From positions 1 to 42,824 of the forward strand of contig NZ_JAVLAZ010000011.1 of NCBI RefSeq assembly GCF_031581315.1: a stretch of DNA of 42,824 nt, written 5' to 3'. This stretch comes from Thiohalophilus sp. (GTDB lineage: Bacteria > Pseudomonadota > Gammaproteobacteria > UBA6429 > Thiohalophilaceae). This document shows positions 30,670 through 42,824 of this stretch, in pieces. The notes below the pieces were generated by a model. It was given only the letters and a program-made list of their open reading frames with translations. It was not told where the DNA came from and ran no database searches. A program made the translations under genes and the position numbers. How positions within the stretch are numbered: position 1 is the stretch's first letter; each line of letters starts with the position of its first letter.

Positions 30670-31129
30670 ACGCTAACTCAATAATACAAAATGGATTTTG
30701 TATGAAGATGAAAAGGATTTTATCTGAACAGGTCATTGGTTGTGCATTTGAAGTAAGTAACACCCTGGGAGCAGGTTTTCTAGAATCAGTCTATGAAAAC
30801 GCTCTATGTGAGGAGATGGTTAGACACGGCCTGCAATTTCAAAGACAGAAATCATTGCAGGTGAAGTATAAAGGTAAAGTTGTAGGAAACTATATTGCTG
30901 ATGTTGTTGTGGAAGATAAGCTTTTGCTGGAGTTGAAGGCGTTGTCTAAATTGTCAGGTGAGCATGAGGCCCAACTGATGAATTATCTGAAAGCAAGTGG
31001 GTTAAGTGTTGGTTTGTTGTTTAATTTTGGGGTGCCGAAATTATCATTCAAGCGACTCGTGTGGCAATACAACACTACAGAACGAATTTAATGACATTCA
31101 TTTGCGTCCATTTGCGTTAATTCGCGGAC
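30648..31129. mobile_element. Putative inverted-repeat-bounded cassette carrying a GxxExxY gene
   Basis: Arms 30648-30676 and 31101-31129 (24/29 complementary), AT-rich cargo; mobility is inferred. Confidence 0.7.
30702..31091 (+). CDS. GxxExxY protein (PD-(D/E)xK nuclease superfamily)
   Basis: GFLESVY signature, ADVVVE...LLELKA catalytic-type motif, AQLMNYLKA, GLLFNFG. Confidence 0.92.
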   Translation: MKMKRILSEQVIGCAFEVSNTLGAGFLESVYENALCEEMVRHGLQFQRQKSLQVKYKGKVVGNYIADVVVEDKLLLELKALSKLSGEHEAQLMNYLKASGLSVGLLFNFGVPKLSFKRLVWQYNTTERI

Positions 31130-31147
31130 CGAATATAGAGTAAAAAA

Positions 31148-34365
<3,218 letters not shown>

Positions 34366-34369
<4 letters not shown>

Positions 34370-34848
34370 GTCGTCAACCGATGACCGCCGCCGGCGCCGA
34401 CAAACTGCGTGCCGAGCTCAAAGATCTTAAAAGTGTCCAGCGCCCGAAGGTGATCGAGGCGATCGCCACGGCCCGTGAGCACGGCGATCTGAAGGAAAAC
34501 GCCGAGTACCATGCCGCGCGTGAACAGCAGAGTTTCATCGAAGGGCGGATCAAGGAGATCGAGGCGGCCCTCTCCAACTCCGAAATCATCGACGTGCAGG
34601 CAGTGGGCAAAAATGCCGGCGGCAAGGTCGTGTTCGGCGCCACGGTGGAACTGTACGACATCGAGAACGACAAGGAAGTGACCTATCAGGTCGTTGGCGA
34701 ACAAGAAGCGGATATCAAACAGAACCTGATCTCCATCACCTCCCCGATCGCCCGAGCCCTGATCGGCAAACAGGAAGGTGACGAAGTCACCGTCCAGGCG
34801 CCGGGCGGCAATCGCGACTACGAAATCGTGTCGGTGAAATACATTTAG
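34366..34848 (+). CDS. greA: Transcription elongation factor GreA
   Basis: [27 protein letters not shown]; ATGA overlap with carB. Confidence 0.98.
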
Positions 34849-34860
34849 CCAGGTGTGTAT

Positions 34861-35088
34861 AAACAACGCGGAGGACGCAGAGGCGCGGAGGCGCGGAGAA
34901 AAGCATTTTATTATTTAGAATGCTCCGGGTCCTGAAAGGGCATAAAATTGTTGAAGGGAATGTCTCGTTCAGACAATGAAACTGATCCACTGGCCCAACT
35001 ACTCTGTTTCTCAAGTTATCTGAAGATTGTGACTGTCATTACTTTAATTCCTCTGCGACTCCGCGCCTCTGCGTCCTCCGCGTTGTTT
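34861..35088. repeat. Inverted-repeat cassette, 8-bp unit CGCRGAGN
   Basis: Arms 34861-34898 and 35051-35088, 36/38 complementary; AT-rich interior. Confidence 0.93.
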
Positions 35089-35116
35089 CCAGTGAATTCT
35101 CTACAGAGTTACATGT

Positions 35117-35575
35117 ATGAACTACGCAATTCCTGAACGCATTGCCCTGACCCTGTGGGTCGGGGGCATGTGGATTACCGGCTATCTGGTGGCGCCGATG
35201 CTGTTCTCGGTGCTGGAGGATCGGGCGCTGGCCGGGATGCTGGCGGGCAAGCTGTTCAGTGCCATGAGTTATGTGGGCCTGGTGTGCGCGGCATTGTTAC
35301 TGTTGATCCAGACCCGCAAGCCGACGCCGAAGGGCTGGCGCGAATGGCGCCGTGGATTGTTGCTGGCGATGTTGCTGGTGATTGTGATCGGCGAGTTTGT
35401 CTTGCAGCCGATGATGGCCGAGCTCAAGGCGGCGGGACTGGAAGAGGGCAGCGCGGCGCAACAGCGCTTTGGTATGTTGCACGGCATCTCCTCAAGTCTG
35501 TTTTTGTTTAACAGCCTGGCGGGTCTGGCCCTGGTGATCTTCGGGTTGGAGCCGGATAATCAGCGCGGCAGCTGA
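35117..35575 (+). CDS. DUF4149 membrane protein
   Basis: LWVGG.W..GY..AP.LF, AG.LF, FGMLHG.SS; usual neighbour of greA/yhbY. Confidence 0.85.
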   Translation: MNYAIPERIALTLWVGGMWITGYLVAPMLFSVLEDRALAGMLAGKLFSAMSYVGLVCAALLLLIQTRKPTPKGWREWRRGLLLAMLLVIVIGEFVLQPMMAELKAAGLEEGSAAQQRFGMLHGISSSLFLFNSLAGLALVIFGLEPDNQRGS

Positions 35576-35853
35576 ATTTTGGGCTCGTCGGCCGGACGGT
35601 AGAACACGGCGACATGGCCGATCAGCTGTACCTGCTCGGCCCGACTGTGTTCGCTGATCTGCTCAATCAGCTGCTGGCGCTCTTCGCGATCCGCCGCATT
35701 GACCCGCACCTTGATCAGCTCGTGATAGGCCAGCGCGTTGTCGATTTCGCCCAGCACGTTTTCACCCAGCCCGTGTTGTCCGATAATGACGACGGGCTTG
35801 AGATGATGGGCGCGCTGGCGCAGGAATTTTTTCTGGCTGCTGGTCAGGGACAT
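35560..35853 (-). CDS. yhbY: Ribosome assembly RNA-binding protein YhbY
   Basis: MSLTSSQKKFLR..AHHLKPVVIIG..G, HELIKV, QLIGH..VFYR. Confidence 0.95.
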   Translation of the reverse strand: MSLTSSQKKFLRQRAHHLKPVVIIGQHGLGENVLGEIDNALAYHELIKVRVNAADREERQQLIEQISEHSRAEQVQLIGHVAVFYRPADEPKIQLPR

Positions 35854-35906
35854 GAAAGTAAGAATCCAGATAGTGAAGGCCGTAAATTGTACCAATTCAT
35901 ACCCCC

Positions 35907-35941
35907 ACTGACGACTGCCAACGGCTAACTGACGACTGGAA
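35907..35941. repeat. Solo 7-bp tandem repeat arm (ACTGNNN x5)
   Basis: actgacg actgcca acggcta actgacg actggaa just before the rlmE ATG. Confidence 0.7.
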
Positions 35942-35946
35942 TTCCT

Positions 35947-36567
35947 ATGGCCCGATCCAAAACCAGCAAAAAATGGCTCAACGAGCATTTTGACGACGCT
36001 TATGTCAAAAAAGCCCGGCAGGAGGGCTGGCGCAGCCGTGCCATCTACAAACTGATCGAAATCGACGAGCGGGATCGTCTGCTCAAACCCGGTATGACGG
36101 TGGTCGATCTGGGTGCGGCGCCCGGGGGCTGGTCGGAATATGCCGTACGCCAGGTGGGGAGCAAGGGGCGGGTGATCGCGCTGGATCTGCTGCCCATGGA
36201 TGCGATTGCCGGGGTCGAATTCATCGAGGGAGATTTTCGCGAGGAGCCGGTCTACGAGCAGTTGCTGGCGGTGCTCGACGGACGGCCGGTCGACCTTGTA
36301 ATGTCGGATATGGCCCCCAATATGAGTGGTATGAAGGCGGTCGATCAGCCGCGCGCCATGTATCTGGCCGAGTTGAGTCTGGAGCTGGCGCAAAAAGTCC
36401 TCAAGCCGGGCGGGGATATGCTGATCAAGGCGTTTACCGGCGAAGGTCTGGATGAATTTAAACGCGAAATCCGGCAACATTTCGCGAAATTGATTGTCCG
36501 AAAACCGAAGGCTTCACGGGCCCGCTCTCCCGAGATTTATCTACTGGCGAGGGGCTATAATGTGTAG
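35947..36567 (+). CDS. rlmE: 23S rRNA Um2552 methyltransferase RlmE (FtsJ)
   Basis: [35 protein letters not shown]. Confidence 0.98.
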   Translation: MARSKTSKKWLNEHFDDAYVKKARQEGWRSRAIYKLIEIDERDRLLKPGMTVVDLGAAPGGWSEYAVRQVGSKGRVIALDLLPMDAIAGVEFIEGDFREEPVYEQLLAVLDGRPVDLVMSDMAPNMSGMKAVDQPRAMYLAELSLELAQKVLKPGGDMLIKAFTGEGLDEFKREIRQHFAKLIVRKPKASRARSPEIYLLARGYNV

Positions 36568-36622
36568 TAGTGTATTTTGCATGACAGCAAACGCCTGTGA
36601 TGGCAGGCCATGAGGTAGACCA

Positions 36623-38548
<1,926 letters not shown>

Positions 38549-38572
38549 AGCACACCGCCATTAAGCGCGATC

Positions 38573-38599
38573 AACGCCCCGTTTTCACGGGGCGTTTTT
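38573..38599 (+). terminator. Intrinsic terminator after ftsH
   Basis: aacgccccgt-tttc-acggggcgtt-ttt. Confidence 0.85.
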
Positions 38600-38820
38600 C
38601 GTTCTTCGGCCGCCAAATAAGGGTCGCGATGCTGCCCGCGCGGGATACCCGCCATAGAACAGGCCCCACAGCCGATGTCGTGGCGTGTGAACGGAATCGG
38701 ATTTCATTTCTGCCATGTGTTTTGATCGTTGCCGATCCCGGTCGGTGAATACTGTTAAAATACGCCGGAAGATAATCAAAACAAATTACCATCGCGACTG
38801 GACAGGGTGAATCCATCAGT

Positions 38821-39639
38821 ATGTCGTTAGATCTCAGTTCCGAACACTGGCCCCTGATCATGGGTATACTCAATGTGACCCCGGACTCTTTTTCCGATGG
38901 CGGGCGCTTCAACCGATCGCAGGCGGCGGTCGAGCGTGTCCGGCAGATGATCAGTGAGGGAGCCGATATTATCGACATCGGCGGTGAGTCGACCCGTCCG
39001 GGGGCGCCGGCGGTCTCTGAGGAAGAGGAGCTGGCGCGGGTGATTCCCGTCATCGAGGCGATTCGTCGCGATAGCGCGATCCCCATCTCCGTTGATACCA
39101 GCAAGCCGGCGGTCATGCATGCCGCAGTAGTGGCCGGTGCCAGCCTGATTAACGATGTACGGGCGCTGCAGGAACCCGGGGCCCTGGAGGTGGCGGCACA
39201 GCTGGATGTGCCGATCTGCCTGATGCACATGCAGGGGCAGCCGCGCACCATGCAGGCTAACCCGCACTATGATGATGTGGTGGAAGAGGTTCTGGCGTTT
39301 TTACAGCAGCGAATCGAGATCTGCCAGGCCGCCGGAGTTGCACCGGCGCGGCTGATTCTTGACCCAGGCTTCGGGTTTGGCAAAACCGTGCAGCACAATC
39401 TGGCCCTGTTCCGCCATCTGCAGCGGTTTGTCGATACCGGTCATCCCGTGCTGGTGGGAGTGTCGCGCAAATCGATGATTGGCAAATTGCTGGGCGAGCG
39501 GCCGGTGGACGAGCGGCTGGCGGGCAGCCTGGCGCTGGCCACCCTGGCCGGCTGGCTGGGGGCTGCCATTGTGCGGGTGCATGACGTGCGCGAGAGCGCC
39601 GATGCCCTGACCCTGTGCCGGGCTGTGAGGCAGGCCTGA
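38821..39639 (+). CDS. folP: Dihydropteroate synthase
   Basis: [40 protein letters not shown]. Confidence 0.98.
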   Translation: MSLDLSSEHWPLIMGILNVTPDSFSDGGRFNRSQAAVERVRQMISEGADIIDIGGESTRPGAPAVSEEEELARVIPVIEAIRRDSAIPISVDTSKPAVMHAAVVAGASLINDVRALQEPGALEVAAQLDVPICLMHMQGQPRTMQANPHYDDVVEEVLAFLQQRIEICQAAGVAPARLILDPGFGFGKTVQHNLALFRHLQRFVDTGHPVLVGVSRKSMIGKLLGERPVDERLAGSLALATLAGWLGAAIVRVHDVRESADALTLCRAVRQA

Positions 39640-39718
39640 GTATCGGCAGGGTTATTGCTTTATAATCGTGAACTTTCAATCTGGCCGCCAGGGGCGGCGG
39701 CAAGAGGACGCTGGATTT

Positions 39719-41059
39719 ATGTCACGTAAATATTTTGGCACCGACGGGGTGCGCGGGCGGGTCGGTGAGTTTCCGATCACGCCCGAATTCATTCTCAAGC
39801 TGGGCTGGGCGGCCGGCCGGGTGCTGGGCGATGGCGGCGGCAAGGTGCTCATCGGCAAGGATACCCGGATATCCGGCTATATTTTCGAATCGGCCCTGGA
39901 AGCGGGGCTGGCGGCCGCCGGCATGAATGTCTGTCTGCTGGGGCCAATGCCGACCCCCGGTATTGCGCACCTGACCCGCACCCTGCATGCCCGGGCCGGC
40001 ATTGTCATCAGTGCCTCCCACAATGCCTATCCGGATAACGGCATCAAGTTTTTCTCCGCCGAGGGGACCAAACTGCCGGACGAAGTGGAGCTGGCGATCG
40101 AGGCGATGATCGATCAGGAGCTGGTCACCAGCGCGCCGGATAAACTCGGCCGTGCGAACCGGGTGGACGACGCGGCCGGGCGCTATATCGAGTTTTGCAA
40201 AAGCACCTTTCCCGAGCATCTCGATCTCAACGGCCTGCATATCGTGCTCGATTGTGCCAACGGCGCCACCTACCAGATTGCGCCCAAGGTCTTTGCCGAA
40301 CTGGGGGCCGAGCTGACGGTGATTGGCAACGATCCCGACGGTCTCAATATCAACGACGGCTGCGGCTCCACCCACCTGGAATGGCTGCAGAAAAAGGTGC
40401 AGCTGCAGGGCGCCGATCTGGGCATCGCCTTTGACGGCGATGGCGACCGGGTTTTGATGGTCGACCGCGAGGGGCGCGTCATTGATGGCGATGAGCTGCT
40501 CTATGTGATGACCACCCACCGCCAGCGTATGCAGCGCCTGAAAGGCGGTGTGGTGGGCACCCTGATGACCAATCTGGGCATGGAACACGCCCTGCAGGCG
40601 GCCGGGGTTCCCTTTGTCCGGGCCCGGGTCGGGGATCGCTATGTGATGGAGCAATTGCAGGCCCACAGCTGGGAGCTGGGCGGGGAAGGCTCCGGCCATC
40701 TCATCTGCCTGGACAAGACCAGCACCGGCGACGGGATTGTGGCCGCTTTGCAGGTGCTGGCGGCCGTCGTGGAGTCGGGCCGCACATTGACCGACCTGGT
40801 CAGCGGAATGGACAAATACCCGCAGCAGCTGATCAATGTTCGCCTGGCCCGCAAGGTCGATGTCCTGGCGACGCCCGAGGTGCAGGCCGCCGTGGCGGCC
40901 GCCGAGTCGGAGCTGGCTGCCCGGGGGCGGGTACTGCTGCGCCCGTCCGGGACCGAACCGCTGCTGCGGGTGATGGTCGAGGGCCAGGATGCCGGGGAGG
41001 TGTTGCGGGTCGCGCAGGAGCTGGCCGGGGTTGTGGAACAGACGCTCGGTTCCGGCTGA
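39719..41059 (+). CDS. glmM: Phosphoglucosamine mutase
   Basis: [29 protein letters not shown]. Confidence 0.98.
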   Translation: MSRKYFGTDGVRGRVGEFPITPEFILKLGWAAGRVLGDGGGKVLIGKDTRISGYIFESALEAGLAAAGMNVCLLGPMPTPGIAHLTRTLHARAGIVISASHNAYPDNGIKFFSAEGTKLPDEVELAIEAMIDQELVTSAPDKLGRANRVDDAAGRYIEFCKSTFPEHLDLNGLHIVLDCANGATYQIAPKVFAELGAELTVIGNDPDGLNINDGCGSTHLEWLQKKVQLQGADLGIAFDGDGDRVLMVDREGRVIDGDELLYVMTTHRQRMQRLKGGVVGTLMTNLGMEHALQAAGVPFVRARVGDRYVMEQLQAHSWELGGEGSGHLICLDKTSTGDGIVAALQVLAAVVESGRTLTDLVSGMDKYPQQLINVRLARKVDVLATPEVQAAVAAAESELAARGRVLLRPSGTEPLLRVMVEGQDAGEVLRVAQELAGVVEQTLGSG

Positions 41060-41192
41060 ACGGCGCCGACACAGGGCGCCAAACCCGTTTCCGGGGCCGA
41101 ATAGCCCGGTTTTTCATTGATTTATTGTGGTCTGGACGGTAAGCTTTCGCGCTCTTTTATATAGTCAAACCGGAATAACAAGGGGAGAAGGC

Positions 41193-41951
41193 ATGCGTCA
41201 GCCACTAATCGCCGGCAACTGGAAAATGAACGGTTCGCGCGCCGATAACAAGACTCTGCTGGACGGCATCAAGGCGGGAATCGGTGAAGTTAACAACGCG
41301 GAAGTGGCCGTGTGTGTCCCCTATGTCTACCTGGCGGACGTTCAGCAGCAGCTGGACGGGACGCCCATCGCCTGGGGTGCGCAAAATCTGAGCACCGAGG
41401 CCAAGGGCGCCTTCACGGGCGAAATCTCCGCCGCCATGTTGCTCGATTTTGGCTGCAAATTTGTCATCGTGGGCCATTCCGAACGGCGCAGCCTGTACGG
41501 TGAAGATGATCAGCTGGTGGCGGAAAAATTCGAGGTGGCCCGTCAGGCCGGCCTGAGCCCGATCCTTTGCATTGGCGAGACGCTGGAAGAGCGTGAGCAG
41601 GGTATCACCGAACAGGTGGTCGCCCGCCAGATCGACGCGGTCATCGCCCATGCTGGCGTGGCCGCCCTGGCCGATGGCGTGATTGCTTACGAGCCGGTCT
41701 GGGCTATCGGCACCGGTAAGACAGCCAGCCCGGAGCAGGCCCAGGACGTCCACGCTTTCATTCGCGGCCAGATTTCCAGGCAGGATCCGGCCGTGGCCGA
41801 AGGGCTGCGAATTCAATACGGCGGCAGCATGAATGCGGGCAACGCGGCCGAGCTGCTGGCCAAACCCGATATCGACGGCGGCCTGATCGGCGGCGCGTCA
41901 CTCAAAGCGGAGGATTTTCTGACCATCTGCAAGGCAGCCGGTCAGGAATAA
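41193..41951 (+). CDS. tpiA: Triosephosphate isomerase
   Basis: AGNWKMN, GHSERR, AYEPVWAIGTG, YGGS. Confidence 0.99.
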   Translation: MRQPLIAGNWKMNGSRADNKTLLDGIKAGIGEVNNAEVAVCVPYVYLADVQQQLDGTPIAWGAQNLSTEAKGAFTGEISAAMLLDFGCKFVIVGHSERRSLYGEDDQLVAEKFEVARQAGLSPILCIGETLEEREQGITEQVVARQIDAVIAHAGVAALADGVIAYEPVWAIGTGKTASPEQAQDVHAFIRGQISRQDPAVAEGLRIQYGGSMNAGNAAELLAKPDIDGGLIGGASLKAEDFLTICKAAGQE

Positions 41952-41970
41952 TCCGGGAGATACTGACACT

Positions 41971-42378
41971 ATGTTGTACAACATTATTCTGGTCCTGCAT
42001 GTCATCGTCGCCGTAGCACTGGTGGTACTGGTGCTGCTGCAGCAGGGCAAGGGTGCCGATGCCGGCGCCGCGTTTGGCGGCGGTGGCGGTGGCGGGGGCG
42101 GTGCCTCGGGCACGATGTTCGGCTCACAAGGCGCGGCCAACTTTCTGACCCGCACCACGGCCGTTCTGGCGACCCTGTTTTTCCTGCTCTCGCTGGCGCT
42201 GTTTCGACTCGCCGGTGACGTCACCAAGAGTGAGAGCCTGGTTGACAAGGCTGAACAGCAGCAGCAAGAACAACAGCAACAGGAAAGCAGTCAGGAACGC
42301 CCGGGGGATGTTCCGGTGGCCCCGCCGGGCGGTGAGTCCGAACAGGACGCGCCCGTGGATGTGCCCAAATCGGAATAA
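41971..42378 (+). CDS. secG: Preprotein translocase subunit SecG
   Basis: LLQQGKGADAGAAFG, FGSQGAANFLTR.TA. Confidence 0.96.
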   Translation: MLYNIILVLHVIVAVALVVLVLLQQGKGADAGAAFGGGGGGGGGASGTMFGSQGAANFLTRTTAVLATLFFLLSLALFRLAGDVTKSESLVDKAEQQQQEQQQQESSQERPGDVPVAPPGGESEQDAPVDVPKSE

Positions 42379-42435
42379 TCCGCTAACGGGCGGATGCCAA
42401 GGGCCTTTTGGCCCTTTGCCGAAAACGAAAACCTT

Positions 42436-42520
42436 GCCGAAGTGGTGGAATTGGTAGACACGCTATCTTGAGGGGGTAGTGGCGCAAGCCGTGCCGGTTC
42501 GAGTCCGGCCTTCGGCACCA
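42436..42520 (+). tRNA. tRNA-Leu(GAG)
   Basis: 85 nt cloverleaf, anticodon GAG at 42470-42472, long variable arm, GGTTCGAG T-loop, CCA end. Confidence 0.97.
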
Positions 42521-42521
42521 A

Positions 42522-42574
42522 CACAAACAAAAAGGCCTCCAGAGCTGCGTGCTCTGGAGGCCTTTTTGTTTGTG
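42522..42574. terminator. 24-bp perfect hairpin, likely bidirectional terminator
   Basis: cacaaacaaaaaggcctccagagc-tgcgt-gctctggaggcctttttgtttgtg. Confidence 0.88.
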
Positions 42575-42691
42575 AGGTTCTAGTTTCTAGGGGCTAGTTG
42601 CTAGGAAAAGCACACACCTTTATTCATGCCGATGCCGCGAGAAAGAGTTCACAGCGCTTTTCTAGGACCTAGCCCCTAGTACCTAGCCCCT
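42575..42691. repeat. Inverted-repeat cassette, 7-bp unit AGGNNCT (same family as 16108-16231)
   Basis: aggttct agtttct aggggct agttgct aggaaaagc ... gcttttctaggacctagcccctagtacctagcccct. Confidence 0.88.
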
Positions 42692-42762
42692 GAATCTTTT
42701 TATAGACCCCTAAAAATAAGCTAACTTTCTGATATAAAAAGGTTTTCGTGCTTTAGGCAAAC

Positions 42763-42792
42763 TTGACACAAAGTTTGTGGCTAGCCTAGACT
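42763..42792 (+). promoter_or_regulatory. sigma-70-like promoter for the next gene outside the window
   Basis: TTGACA-N18-TAGACT. Confidence 0.6.
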
Positions 42793-42824
42793 GGCTCGGC
42801 TTTGATCAAGATGATCAGCCACCA

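Noticed and set aside
34948-35136. 62-aa ORF and other short ORFs crossing cassette arms
   Set aside because: They translate repeat sequence (e.g. PLRLRASASSAL) and lack RBS or family motifs.
35854-36480. N-terminal extension making YhbY 306 aa
   Set aside because: It is antisense to rlmE; YhbY homology starts at ATG 35853.
42075-42101. Gly9 run in SecG
   Set aside because: Expansion of the normal Gly-rich loop with mixed codons; no sign of a slippage tract.
42436-42824. Prophage or island at tRNA-Leu
   Set aside because: No integrase or att duplication is visible before the window ends.

Overview
Core chromosome of a GC-rich gammaproteobacterium (gene order resembles Chromatiales/Pseudomonadales; taxon is inferred). 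The window opens with a flagellar block (end of fliE, fliF-G-H-I-J-K, then fliA). An accessory stretch follows: membrane protein + VWA lipoprotein, DUF1249, SEL1/SPOR, Cys-rich/ankyrin protein + YeeE/YedE pair, PAS-GGDEF-EAL. The rest is the conserved run ssrA-smpB-NSS-ratA-rnfH-bamE-fur-recN-nadK-hrcA-grpE-dnaK-dnaJ-dapB-carA-carB-greA-yhbY-rlmE-ftsH-folP-glmM-tpiA-secG-tRNA-Leu. Two structures are not explained by these genes. (1) At least nine core-gene junctions carry inverted-repeat cassettes whose arms are built from 7-, 8-, ~9- or 10-bp tandem units. One encloses an AT-rich GxxExxY PD-(D/E)xK nuclease gene (carA-carB), and a gene-less copy with the same arms sits between dnaJ and dapB. 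(2) The first nine codons of recN are present twice, identical in protein but different at every degenerate codon, separated by nested hairpin repeats. No database search or computation was run; product calls come from recognising motifs in the translations.
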